Shown here: piece after piece, positions 14,326-27,321 of the stretch
Numbering within the stretch: position 1 is the first letter of the stretch
Layout: each line of letters begins with the position of its first letter
Assembly: GCF_001194135.2 (NCBI RefSeq)
Contig: NC_068982.1
Coordinates: forward strand, 103,343,621 to 103,406,325
Origin: Octopus bimaculoides
Lineage: Eukaryota
Reading direction: 5' to 3'
Length of the DNA stretch: 62,705 nt
The notes under the pieces: model-generated
What the model was told of the DNA's origin: nothing
The model's input: the letters and a program-made list of their open reading frames with translations, nothing else
Database searches by the model: none
Position numbers and translations under genes: made by a program

Positions 14326-14452
14326 GAAATTCCATCTGACACCAGCAAGCATAGAAATATGGATGTTAAAATGATGATGATGATGATGACGACAATGAGT
14401 GGTGTGATGTTTGGTGGAGGTGATTGCTATTTTTAGTAGCTTCAATTCTCAC

Positions 14453-14544
14453 ATAGAAGTTCCCTTGTTGTTTCGGAGTAAATGAAAGTACCATTCTCAT
14501 TGACTAGTATAACAGTATCCTTGCCAAACGCTATTGGAGGAACC
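14453..14544 (-). CDS. Candidate exon of an unidentified minus-strand gene (92 nt, phase 2-1): VPPIAFGKDTVILVNENGTFIYSETTRELL
   Basis: ttatttttaaaAG acceptor, TAT|GTGAGA donor. Only one frame is open and the sequence is not repeat-like. No homologue recognised. Confidence 0.4.
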
Positions 14545-17500
14545 CTTTTAAAAATAAGCTTTAAACTAAGGAGTTAGTTTTCTGGAGGATGTAGTTTGGA
14601 ATTGTGCTGGTTGTAGAACCACATGTGGCATATTTCTAGCAAGACAACTATAAGAGAAATTTGTAGCTAAGAATAAACTACTATACTTCGTATTTGTTAA
14701 TCTAGAGAATGCCTTTGACGAGCATCCTTGCCCTTGAAAGTGTTGGGTATTATAGAAACAAAATTTAGATGAATGGCTTGTGAGAGTCTTGTATGAAAAC
14801 AATGTTGTTGAGAATTGTCTGAGTTTAGTAGGAAATACAAATAGGCTTTCACAAGGGTCTTATCTTCAACCACTTCCATCCATTATAATTTTTGAGGCTA
14901 TAATCTAAAGGCTCCAGAGAAAATTCTTTTATTTTTATGGCACCCTCATGACATTGATAGCATAATCTGTTTAAGGGCTCTAGTCTGGAAAATGATTTAG
15001 CATGTGAGGTTTAATCCTGTAGCATTCAGATATTCTTTGTCAAATATAATGCTAGTTTATTCACATTGTTTTGTAGCTTTGAGTTTTGAGATTTGAGCTC
15101 ATAGCTTTGAGATTTCGATGATGTGATTATGTATTTCTAGAATGACATTGTAGGGTAGGTGGGAGAAGTTGGATCTGGTCAGTTTAAACATGAAGCAGGT
15201 AGACTATTTGGGCCAGATATGGCCGGTTTAAATGCTAAAGGGTTAAAGGACATTTTGCTGCTCTATCTAGCTGGTCAAATAAATGCTTAGCGGTTTCTTC
15301 ATTGGTTCATCAAGTAACTGTGTCATGTATTGGCACCAAACTGCTTCCCATGTAAAAATAGACTGAATGAAGCATGCATAAGAAGAGTGATATATGGTTA
15401 TGAGACATAGGTTGTATTGACTGTTGAGGACGTTGGAGTGAATAAGTTAAGTATCATCTTTTACAGTGGTTCTTCCATGGATGGTAATGTCCCCTTAGGA
15501 GGTTGAGTTCACAGGGAGATGGAAAATATCATGGGAATACAATGGTATTTAGAGAGGTCATGATTTTTTTTCCAGAGAAAATGTATTTAATTCAGGTATA
15601 ACTCTTTTACTTTGTTTCAGTCATTTGATTTTGGCCATGCTGGAGCATCTCCTTCAAGGGTTTTTAGTGAACAAATTAACCCTAGGATTTATTTCTTAGG
15701 CCTACTACTTATTCTATCAGTCTCTTTTGCTAGACTGCTACTTTCAGTTTCTGTCTACCAAATCTACTCACAAGGCTTTGGTTGGCCCGAGGCTATAGTT
15801 GAAGACTTACCCCAGGTTCCACACAGTGAGACTGAACCCGGAATCATGTGATTGGGAATCAAGGTTCTTAGCACACAGCCATGCTTGCACCTGATATTTT
15901 AATCTTTTAGTATTCAAACTGACCATATTAGGTCCAAATATTCTATGTGTTTTATGTTCAAACTGATGAGATTAGGTCTCTCACACTTGCCCTACAATGT
16001 CATTCTAGAAATAAACATTCACATCCACTGAAATCTCAAAGCTAAAGATAATGTATTATAAATTCAAAGCAATGTAGATAAATAAACATTACCATATGAC
16101 AGAGTAATCTGATTGCTAAAGGGTTAAATACTTATTGAAAGATATCTTTGTCAGGATTAAGATATGAAGAGGACATTATGTTATCTATGAGCAGAAACAT
16201 GGGTGATAATATGCCAAGGTCCAGTATAATTTTATTATATAAATTCTTGCCTTCTTTAGCAATTTCTGTAAAAATTTATTGTACAGGGGTTACTAGTGCA
16301 TGCGATTATCACTTTGGATGGAACAATAAATCACTGTAAAATTAGCTTCTGTTTGATGTAAAAAAATTTTTGTGTGCAAAAAAATCTATAAAATGCAATT
16401 CCATGAAAAGGGGACACTGAACTTCAAAAAATTGAGAGGCTTAGGTCTGTCATGAACTTTAAGACTCATAAGGCCAGAGCTTAATCCAGTTTCCATGTTA
16501 TATACGTGACTGAAGTTACAACATTCTCCTTTAATGGGATGCCAGACTGTCACAGGGTTAACTTCCCAGCTGTTGTGGGAACTCATATATGGCTGAGTGG
16601 ACTAGAACAACATGAAATGAAGCGTTTTGCTCAAGAACATTGCACGCCGCTCGGTCTAGGAACTGAAACTATGATCTTATGATTGTGAGTGCAACACCCC
16701 AAACACTAGGCCATGTATTTTCACACAAAAGGTTAAGAGCTATCGATGAATTGCATGTTTAATGTTAGCTCGAGAAACAGAGCACAACTAGATAGATAGT
16801 TAGGAAGATAGGAATAACTAGCTAGATAGATAGATAAAGAGGGAAAGAGAGAGGCTGGGTATGAAAGCCATCATCCTGAGGTATACAGGAGAGGTGCTTG
16901 CTCTGGTATGCGATGCAAGTGGGTGTATTGGAATGTACTAGTGGAATGGTCTGATTTTAGAATGCTGAAATCAGACCATTCAGCTTGTCTTAACATTGCA
17001 AACAACATTAAAAAGATGATAATGCGATTAATATTTTTTTGTAAACAAGTCCTATTCTGTCCTTTATAATCAACATAAGCAATTACTTTCGTTTTCTTAC
17101 TTTATGACCTTTCTTTTTACATTATACAACTGTTACTCCTGGTCAGGCAGGTTTCTTTTTTTCACTTGAAAAATTTATGCTAATATGAAACATGTTTATG
17201 TGGCATAGGATTTGAAAATTGTACAATTTAAAACTGATACCTTTTGTGATTAAGGTTATATAATAATAAGTGAATGCATAAGGAAAAGTGGAGAGATTTT
17301 CCTTCTCAGTTGCATTAGCAGCAGAGCAAGTGTATAATTAGTTCTAATTGCATTATCTGCACTAACCAGAACTAAGCCTATTTTGTACTGAGTGACTTAC
17401 CTAACTTTGTAGTAACCAGCTACCATAAACATCAACTTGAACATTGATAGTATATCTCAGGATTTGAACATTATCCAAAGGGCTCTTTATCTGTAGATAG

Positions 17501-17911
17501 TAATTTGCAATGTTATTGAAAAACAATTACAGCAGTAATGTAGTTTACTTCTCCCCTTTTTTATGAATATAACACAAACCATCGAACTCTATATATGATA
17601 AGGCCAGTCAGTCTCCAACAACTTCATATAGAGACCTTATTGTGTATTCTGTGCAGATCAGTCTCCATTAACTTCATATAGAGACCCTACATAGTTTATA
17701 GCTGAAATTACACAATAATTTATATATACATATATATATATATATTTTATTATATGTATTTATTTTCTCTTAATTAACAATTAACTTCGACAAAATAAAT
17801 TGGTTAATAGATACCAGGGTAGCAAAGATCACAAAATGAATGTAGTGTAACTACTGTTTACGAGGTAGAAACTCCCTGTTATTTTGGGTATTTGAGTAAA
17901 TATAAAATTTA

Positions 17912-18116
17912 ATAAATGGAGTAATACGCATATGTTAAATGAATTCTTTTATTTCCGACATATGTTTCGAAGATTACAAATGGTTCCTTCCAAAGGAATA
18001 AGTGATGCTGATCTTTATCAACATCACCTATTCTTTGGAAGGAACCATTTGTAATCTTCGAAACATATGTCGGAAATAAAAGAATTCATTTAACATATGT
18101 GTATTACTCCATTTAT
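17912..18116. repeat. Foldback palindrome: about 100-bp arms, 4-nt loop
   Basis: 17912-18012 versus 18017-18116 reverse complement, about 4 differences. Confidence 0.95.
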
Positions 18117-18155
<39 letters not shown>

Positions 18156-18163
18156 TACATATA

Positions 18164-19442
18164 CAAGGTGCAGTGAATAAATTGTCATCTAAATTACACA
18201 ATAATGAAAATAACACTAACACCTAATTTTATCAGGTATATTTACCAAAATTACACAAAAATATCTTGAGATACTAAAGAGTAAATTTATTCAATAAAAT
18301 CGCCATTGGCTTCAACTACAGCCTCAGGACAACTTAGGAATCTCCTGCAACTCTTCTGGACAGTCTCCTTATTTAAGTTGGTGAATGCTGCCATAATCCT
18401 TGCCTTCACTTCAACTTTGGTGTTACAAGGAGTTTTGTTGGTCTCTCGCTCAACTGTGTCCCACATATAATAATCAAGGGGGTTGCAGTCTGAGGAGTTA
18501 GGTGGCCAGATTTTAGGGGTGATGTGGTTTCAGAAATTGTCTGACAGCCATGACTGGGTTCTTCTACTTGTGCAGCATGATGCAAAGTCCTGTTGCCAGA
18601 CATAAGGTCTTTCAGCAGCCACCCTGTTGACCCAGGACAGCACTACCGCCAGGCACTTGGTGTAGGCCTCCATGTTGAGTCTGAGGCTGTGTAGGAAGAT
18701 GAATGGAGGCATAACGTCACCATCACTAGTGATCACTCCAAACACCATGATGTTGACTGGATGTTTGATTTTTATCACTCTTGGTACACGTTTTGGGGAC
18801 ATGGCAAGCCAACGGTTGTTCTGTGAGTTCACCATCTGATCCTGGCAGAAATTTTTCTCGTCTGAGAAAAATCAAAGCATGTTAAGTTGGAGGGCATGCT
18901 TGAGTTTGTTTAAAAGCTTTGTAGCACAGTCTTTCCTCTTGTCCTTGATGGCTTGGGATAAAAATTGGCCCATTCTCATCTTGTATAAGGAATACCAAAT
19001 GTCTTCATGTACTACCTGCCTGATAAGAAACTCAGACACTCACATGTTCCTGGCAATGGACCTGATTGACTTGGAGGAATCGTTGTCAATCATGGCCTGG
19101 ATCTCACCAACAAATTTAGGAGTTCTTTTCTTATCAGAACAATCAGAGTGAGTTTTCCACCATTAGACTCATCCAACTCTTTTGGAATCCTCTGCACTAT
19201 CCTCAGATTGACTCCCAGACATTCTAAAATGTTCATATTGGAGCTTCTGGTGCGAATGCCAAGCACTACAGGATGTTGTTTCCAAATTTCTGGCAGAGTG
19301 AATTGTGTCATGATGCTGTTTTTCTCAAAGACAGTGCCCAACTGACCCTACTATACTATGTAGTCAGCAAAATCAAAAACATATAATGTGCATGTGTGAA
19401 ATTAAAAATATAAAATGGCGACAATTTACCCATTGCACCCTA
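18164..19442 (-). mobile_element. DD37D (maT/mori-type) Tc1/mariner transposon, defective, both TIRs present
   Basis: TIRs CAAGGTGCAGTGAATAAATTGTC and GGCGACAATTTACCCATTGCACCC. Motifs FFSDEKNF, KHPVNIMVFGVITSDG, VWQQD...WPPNSSDCNPLDY; I counted 37 positions between the 2nd and 3rd Asp, including one stop codon. Confidence 0.9.
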
Positions 19443-19739
19443 TCTATATATATTATTGTGCTGCCAGGTGGAGGAGGGTGCATCTTTGATCTAGAAAAGG
19501 AAACAACATTAATGTTGGATTCCTAAATTCTCATTAATCTTAATTACTGCTACCATCATGTAGTCTAAACTCCATATCATTACATACAATTATCGCTTAG
19601 CTTTATATACATGTTTGTTTTTACTAATCTATGCTGATTAATGCATAACATCTATTATACTTTCCAATTGTGTTTCCCTTCAGTGAGTAATGGAGCACAT
19701 ATACTACACAGTTTTATTTATTACTACATTGCTATCATA

Positions 19740-20563
19740 CTCAGAGTAAAAGGCAGACTGTATGACGCATGCGTACGAACAACCATGCTACATGGCAGTG
19801 AAACATGGGCTGTAACTGCTGAGGACATACGTAAGCTCGCAAGGAATGAAGCCAGTATGCTCCGTTGGATGTGTAATGTCAATGTGAATACCCGTCAGAG
19901 TGTAAGTATCTTGAGAGAAAAGCTGAACATTAGAAGCATCAGTTGTGGCGTGCAAGAGAGACGATTGCGCTGGTATGGACATGTGGTGAGAATGGAGGAG
20001 GATAGCTGCGTGAAAAAGTGCCACACCCTAACAGTTGAGGGAACCCGTGGAAGAGGTAGGCCCAGGAAGACCTGGGCTGAGGTGGTGAGGCAAGACNNNN
20101 NNNNNNNNNNNNNNNNNNNNNNNNNNNNNNNNNNNNNNNNNNNNNNNNNNNNNNNNNNNNNNNNNNNNNNNNNNNNNNNNNNNNNNNNNNNNNNNNNNNN
20201 NNNNNNNNNNNNNNNNNNNNNNNNNNNNNNNNNNNNNNNNNNNNNNNNNNNNNNNNNNNNNNNNNNNNNNNNNNNNNNNNNNNNNNNNNNNNNNNNNNNN
20301 NNNNNNNNNNNNNNNNNNNNNNNNNNNNNNNNNNNNNNNNNNNNNNNNNNNNNNNNNNNNNNNNNNNNNNNNNNNNNNNNNNGTAAAAGCACCCACTACA
20401 CTCTCTGAGTGGTTGGCGTTAGGAAGGGCATCCAGCTGTAGAAACTCTGCCAAATCAGACTGGAGCCTGGTGTTGCCATCCGGTTTCACCAGTCCTCAGT
20501 CAAATCGTCCAACCCATGCTAGCATGGAAAGCGGACGTTAAACGATGATGATGATGATGATGA
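19740..20563 (+). mobile_element. 5'-truncated RTE-clade LINE 3' end (gap in the middle) with (GAT)n tail
   Basis: RVKGRLYDACVRTTMLHGSETW...RRLRWYGHVVRM...GRGRPRKTW, uninterrupted up to the gap. A related antisense fragment lies at about 30750-31250. Confidence 0.9.
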
Positions 20564-20921
20564 TTTTAATCCTTTAGCATTTAAACCAGCCATACCCAGC
20601 CAAAATATTCTACCTGTTTTATGTTCAAACTGTCACAGTCCAGCCTCTTACACTTACCCTACAATGTCATTCTAAAAATATAATCATATCATTGAAATTC
20701 CAAATGTATGGGATAATACATGATTAATTCAAAGCAGTGTAAATAAATGAGTATCATATTTGACAGGAGTAATCTGAATGATAAAGGGTTATCTTAGATA
20801 AGCAGTAATCAATCATGATCTAATATATAATTAATCAGTTTATGCTCAAGTGTTCTTACAGAAGAAACAGGGAAATCAAACCAAATTTTTTTCTTTGTTA
20901 AATTGCCCTCCATTTCTTATT

Positions 20922-21009
<88 letters not shown>

Positions 21010-23951
21010 AGAGGTATAGGCTTGGTTGTGTTAAGTTTGCTTCCCAACCATGTGGTCTTGAGTTCAGTCTTGCTGTGTGGTATCTTGAATGTCTTCCACT
21101 ATAGCTTTGAGTTGACCAAAGACCAAAGACTTGTGAGTGAATTTGGTAGAAGAAAATTGTGTGGATGCCCTTTGTGTGAGTGTGTGCATGTGTGCACATG
21201 TACATATGTTTGTGTTTGCTACCCCACACTACTGGATAATGAGTGTTAGTTTGTTTATGTCTCTGTAAATGCTTCAGCAAAAAAAGAGACCGATAGAATA
21301 AATATCAAACTTAAAGATAAGTACTGGGGTTATTTTGTATGATTTCAAGGCAGAGTGCACCAGCATGGCTGCAACCCAATGACTAAAACCAGTAAAAGGT
21401 ATCTATCTATCTGCCTGCCCACCTGGATTTTCTGTACTTGATGACCTGGAACTTATATTCTGCACTAATTTACAGAAATGTACAGGTTCTTGGGGGATGA
21501 AATAAATAAATTTCACAGCACCAACGTGAAGCAGGGTGGGGTTGCAACACTCCACCCTATGCATGTAAATAAAAGCAATTGATTTACCTAATTACCGTTG
21601 CTATTTCTAGCTGGTTGGACAGCTGTATAGCAGCTCCCTGCTTGGTAGTGGCAGTAGTGTTGTCATTAGCTTCCAAGTCAGCCTTATGATCAAAGGTGGT
21701 CCAGTTAAGATGCTCCTCTCATTTTTTTTAAAAAGAAAGATTGTGTCATTTAACAAAGATTTTTGCTTTTAGTTTTAGATCAAGTCGTCACGAAGAAGCG
21801 GTTTCATGTGTTGTGTGATTTTAGTCCAGCTTTTTTGTAGTCAGAAATATTCTAGCTGCAACTATCCCATATACAGACTAGGGGCATTTGGCTGCTGTTT
21901 TTTAGTGACTGTAGAAGCTGACTGTGCTGATTATTGTAAAAGTTATTTAAATTTCATGATTTTTGTGATAAGTAAAGTTAAAGTTGCTTAGTTCTTTTTG
22001 TTAGTTTTATTGTAATTGGACTTGCAACCTTGCCAGAACACTGTCAGTATGTGGATGGCATTTGTTTTAATATCAATCACAGAATACCCCTAATACACTG
22101 TAAAGTCATTGGTGTTAGGAAGGGTATCCAGCCATAGAAACCTATCCTAAATAGAATGGGAGCATATCATGATTCCATGACCTGTCTAGAGTGGGAGCCA
22201 ACTCAGAGTGTAGCAACTCATCTAACCCATGCCAGCATGGAAAGCAGACATCAAACAAATCACAATTTCATGAAAGCTCTATTTAATCACATGACTTAAA
22301 TAGCAGCTGAATTGTATTTCCATCATGATTATAGGAGGAACACATTTGGATTATGTTGTCCTAGATAAGTTTCTAAAATATGGCCTAGAAAGATTTATAC
22401 TTCATCACTTTGTATAAAACTGTTGTGGTTGGCTCACAAAGTACAAAACAAGGGCTTTTCCTCTACAGAAAGTGTATAGTGTGTTCATTAATTCAATGTT
22501 GGGTGTTGGTAGATGTTCTGGTGTCATGTAAAAAAAAAAAAGCACCCAGTACACTCTGTAAAACAGTTGGTATTAGGAAGGGTATCCAGCTGTAGAAAAC
22601 AGGCCAAAACAGACAACTGGAGCCTGGTGCATCCCTCTGGTTTGCCAACTCCTGTCAAACTGTCCAACCCATGCTAGCATGGAAAATGAACATTAAATGA
22701 TGATGATAATATATATTAAAAGTCTACTCTGACTGACAAATAGACATTGGCCTACACTTACCAGAACACTATTGTGTTCCTTTTTTTTTTATTGCTACTC
22801 TATATTACCTCCTCCTTACGACTTTTAAATTCTTTGTCTCTTCTCATAACTGTCTGACAATACCTTGCCTCCACTAAACCTTGTACTAAGCACTCATCCT
22901 CCTTCATCACTGCCTTCCTTTGTTTTCTTTCTAACACCCAACAACTATACTGATCTAACTTACCTTACTCAGTTGTTCTGATCTTTAAGACTAGGGAAGT
23001 CTAAAAGAGCTGTGGGCATTGTCCATGCTTCTCAATTGCTATTGTTTGAATCACGTTTTCTATATGTAGATAACTTCTTCAACCATTGTTGTTGTTAAGT
23101 CCCAGGTTAAGTCAAGCAGACCTTGTAATCAAAGATAATACAGCCATTAAAATCCTGTCTGTTTGGCTTTCACTTTAAAAAATTTTTTAATTAAGTGAAA
23201 ATCTTCAAATTTGGTATATTGATGTAATTTTTCACACTGAATCTGATGTCATTCACTTGTTCCAGAAAATTTTAGAACAATATTGCAGAGGTTTAAAGTT
23301 TGATAATTTTTACCCGATCAGAAAACAGGATTTGGAAGCTGGCATTTGTTGTGTAATAACTTTTATTAAACAAAATGAAAGCAATAGATTATGACAATGA
23401 AAGTTATAAGAAATTTTGATGTTTTAATAAGTGTAAATGAATAGTCATGTGAAAGATCAAATATTTAATTTTGGTCTTTGAAAATTCGACTTAACACACA
23501 CTCACACCTACAAACAGAAAACACACACACACATGACAGACTTCTTTCAGTTTCTGTCAACCAAATTCTCACACAGGACATTAATTGGCCTGGGACTCTA
23601 ATAGAAGGTGCCCAAGTGTCTGAACACAAACCACATATTCATGTCTGAACAAAACTGGAAAATTCAGACAATAGAAGTATTATAGTTCAGCTGACAAAGT
23701 GGCCTTTGAAGTTTTCTGTGAAATTCAGATATAGTGAACGTAACAGCTTTGATAACTGATGTGAAATAGAAAAACTGACCGATCAATCAGACCAATCCCA
23801 GGAATACAACTGAATATGAGAAAGCATTTTGTCTATCTGTGAGAATAATTGCTTGTTGATTTTTGATCTTGTTTTAATCTTCTAAAAGCATTACTTAGGG
23901 TGAAACAGAGAATTTGTGTTGTCGCGTAGATGTAGTTTTGAAATCCTCTTC

Positions 23952-23989
<38 letters not shown>

Positions 23990-24789
23990 ACACACACACA
24001 CTCACCAGTGCCCTTACATATCTACTGCAACCCCATGCCCCTGAGCCTTGGTGAGACGATTAGTGCTATTACCACATAAAAAAGCAGCCAGTACACTCTG
24101 TAAAGTGGTTGATATTAGGAAGAGCATCCAGCTGTAGAAACCATGCCAAAATAGACAATAGAACCTGGTGTGACGTCTGGCCTTGCCAGCTCCTGTCAAA
24201 CTGTCCAACCCTTACCAACATGGGAAACAGGCATTAAATGATAATGATGATGATATATGTTAGTTTTTTTATTATAATCAGTAGAAGTTACAGAGTAACT
24301 CTAGGGCTGAGAGTTCATTTTATTGGTCCTTATCAAAAGATGTACAACACATGATACTTTTGGTGTATGAGTCACTCTGTAACTTTTGCCAATTATTAGT
24401 AAAAGTGTATATATATATACTCATGTTTTGAGTTCTGTTTTCCTATTTACCCGTTTTTATCACCAAACATGCATGTATGTGCGCGAGTTTGCACGTGCGC
24501 ACACGCACACGCACACACCTACCTTTATCCCTCATGTAGATTTGAAGACTCTTCACCACTTTGCCACTGTGATCAGAATTCTAAACCCTTGCTTTACAAA
24601 TGAATGTTTTGGCTACAAACTCAGCATTGAGAAATGTATTCATATTCAAATAGGCCAACCAGAATTGACTGATATCTGGAAGGAAAAACATGTTTAACAC
24701 TAACACATGAAAAATGAGATAGTCCAGAAAATTTATTTTACCATCACAGTCTTATTACTGTGATGATAATTATTATCTTTAAAGAATAA

Positions 24790-25330
24790 AAGTTTAGAAT
24801 GGTACAACAATGCACTATAAAACAAAAAATGGACTATATACCTGTTGTAATTTGGTTATCTATAGTCCGATGATATTTCGGAATTACAATTCCTTCTTCA
24901 GATCTTCTTAGCTGGAGTCTCTGCTATAAACTGTTTTCCAACGGTTTTCTTTTTTTGGAAGCGTCTCAGTAGTGGTCTCACGAAGCTTCTTCCGGAATTC
25001 CTTATGAGAAGTGCGTGAGGTCTGTTATGTTTCAATCTCGTTATTAAGAATGAACCTACACACATCCAGATGTAGCTAAATAATATATTGATTACCAACT
25101 TCTATCCTGTTGTTAATTTGGGGTCCTAGTCTGTCTATGAGGATAGCTTCCTTAATTCTTAGATTATCCAAATTTCCTTCATTGGCCTCAATTGTGACTG
25201 TTATGCCTTTGTCAGTGTTCCAGCATCTGTCTAGATGTTTTCTGAAGGAGGAGGCTCTCGTGTTCAGATGTTCTTTGATGCAGACGTGTAACGGTCTTGT
25301 TGTGCTACCCACATAGAACTTGTTGCATTA
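24790..25330 (-). mobile_element. Penelope-like element 3' part: GIY-YIG endonuclease C-terminus plus terminal repeat region
   Basis: FYVGSTTRPLHVCIKEH...NLRIKEAILIDRLGPQIN. Homologous to 61920-62440. Confidence 0.8.
24869..24904 (-). ncRNA. Minimal type I hammerhead ribozyme motif in a Penelope-like terminus
   Basis: RNA: GAU-CUGAAGA-A-GGAAU(UGUA)AUUCC-GAAA-UAUC^AUC. Intact CUGANGA and GAAA core, 5-bp stem II, 3-bp stem I. Confidence 0.65.
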
Positions 25331-25759
25331 TCTTTAAAATTAAGACTTGTTTAAACATTGTAAATATCAAAGATTCTTGTCTCAGAGTTATGAGACTGGC
25401 CACAATTAGAGTGCTGCTAACAATTTTGTTCCAAGTTGTTTCATTCAGAACAAATTAAAGCTACTTAATGTGATCTAATCTATACATAGTTGATGTTTGG
25501 CCCCAAATCAATGCTTTGATCAAAGGTCTTCTAGTTGTGACCACATATCATTATTTTCTAGGCGAAACTTGTCTTTTTTTAAAGATAGTGTGGTGTGGTT
25601 TGAGGAAGATTTGGCTGCTATTTCTAGCTTGATTTGATTTATATATTATGGTCTTTATATGTTATTGTATCCTGGTATATCTATATATATATATAAAACT
25701 GAGAATGTCTATGTCTATGTGTGCATCACTAAAACACGACTTAGGAAATAGAGGGTAAC

Positions 25760-26520
25760 TTAGTCACTCATACAGTGGATGACATGCAATTACTCATGAA
25801 TTGTATTTCTGCTTCTTGCAAGGTGTTTGGACTCAATATTAGCCTGGACAAGACTGTTGTAATGTTCCAACCTGCACCAGGAAATCCGTATGTGGAACCA
25901 GCTATCTTGGTTGAAGGAACAATTCTGAAGGTGGTAGACATGTTTGTCTACCTGGGCAGCACACTCAGCCGTTCTCGCTCCTGGATGATGAAATATCTTT
26001 CAGGCTGCAGAAAGCAACTAATTCCTTCCAATCTCTTCAGTCTCGTATCTGGTCCCTACTTGTGTACTGACATCACCCCTTTACTCATGGCAGACACGAA
26101 CCCATTACAAACGTCATATAAGGGTCCTTGAACGCTTTCATCAGAGATGTCTCAGACACATTCTGAATGTTGGCTGGACCTTAAAAATTCCAAACACACA
26201 GGTCCTGAGGACAGCTGATATCTTGAGTATTGAGGTGACAAGCACCGCTTACGTTGGACTGGACACCTTATTAGAATGAAGGATAGCAGGTTCCCTAAGC
26301 AGATGCTATATGGGGAACTTGTGAATGGAAAGCGACCCCGGCAGAAACTAAGGCTGCGATGTACTGTGTCAAGTCCTCATTAAAGGCCTGTGATATGCAA
26401 GAGACTGACTGGGAGAACAATGCATGTCACCAACACAGATGGAGGAAGCAGGTTAAGGGGAGGGCCAACACTTGTGAGAGAGCAGATATTCAACATAAAG
26501 AATTTAAGTGTGCTGCTCAA
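25760..26520 (+). mobile_element. Degenerate RTE (BovB-like) LINE RT/C-terminal fragment
   Basis: DDMQLLMN...FGLNISLDKTVVM...VVDMFVYLGSTLS; LERFHQRCLRHIL; RWTGHLIRM.D.R.PKQMLYGEL. Confidence 0.85.
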
Positions 26521-26580
26521 AAGTGCACTGCTGGTGTAGTGAATGTGGAATGTATATATATGTGTATATATATTTATATC

Positions 26581-26628
<48 letters not shown>

Positions 26629-26895
26629 NNNNNNNNNNNNNNNNNNNNNNNNNNNNNNNNNNNNNNNNNNNNNNNNNNNNNNNNNNNNNNNNNNNNNNNN
26701 NNNNNNNNNNNNNNNNNNNNNNNNNNNNNNNNNNNNNNNNNNNNNNNNNNNNNNNNNNNNNNNNNNNNNNNNNNNNNNNNNNNNNNNNNNNNNNNNNNNN
26801 NNNNNNNNNNNNNNNNNNNNNNNNNNNNNNNNNNNNNNNNNNNNNNNNNNNNNNNNNNNNNNNNNNNNNNNNNNNNNNNNNNNNNNNNNNNNNNN

Positions 26896-26935
<40 letters not shown>

Positions 26936-27321
26936 GATAAATTGAATATTAATTCAATTTAAAACCAAGTGGCCTAGCATATAAAAAATCTGAAAATTCA
27001 GAAAAATTGTATTACATGTGTATAAGAAGGGATGACCACTAAGTGGACATCTGATATGCTAGAAAGAGGTCATCAACGACCCAACCACAAAGAAAAATAA
27101 TGTTCTCCAGAAAAAATTTCACAAAACACCAGAACATAAGCGGGCAAGACAAAATGAAAAATATACAGAAGAAAGAATTAATTGTGTACTGGTTTCGAAC
27201 ATAACGTTTTACTTACGTAACAACATACGTGTTCTCTTCAGCACAATCGTTCTAGAATCATACACGAATTGTCTTCATAAAATAAGACTTGCGTAAAGTT
27301 CCACCGATTACATAGAACTGT

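Noticed and set aside
16132-16265. Minus-strand exon candidate (IAKEGKNLYNKIILDLG...DKDIFQ*)
   Set aside because: The only open frame ends in TAA right at the donor, internal donors are weak, and a 43-codon open frame is plausible by chance.
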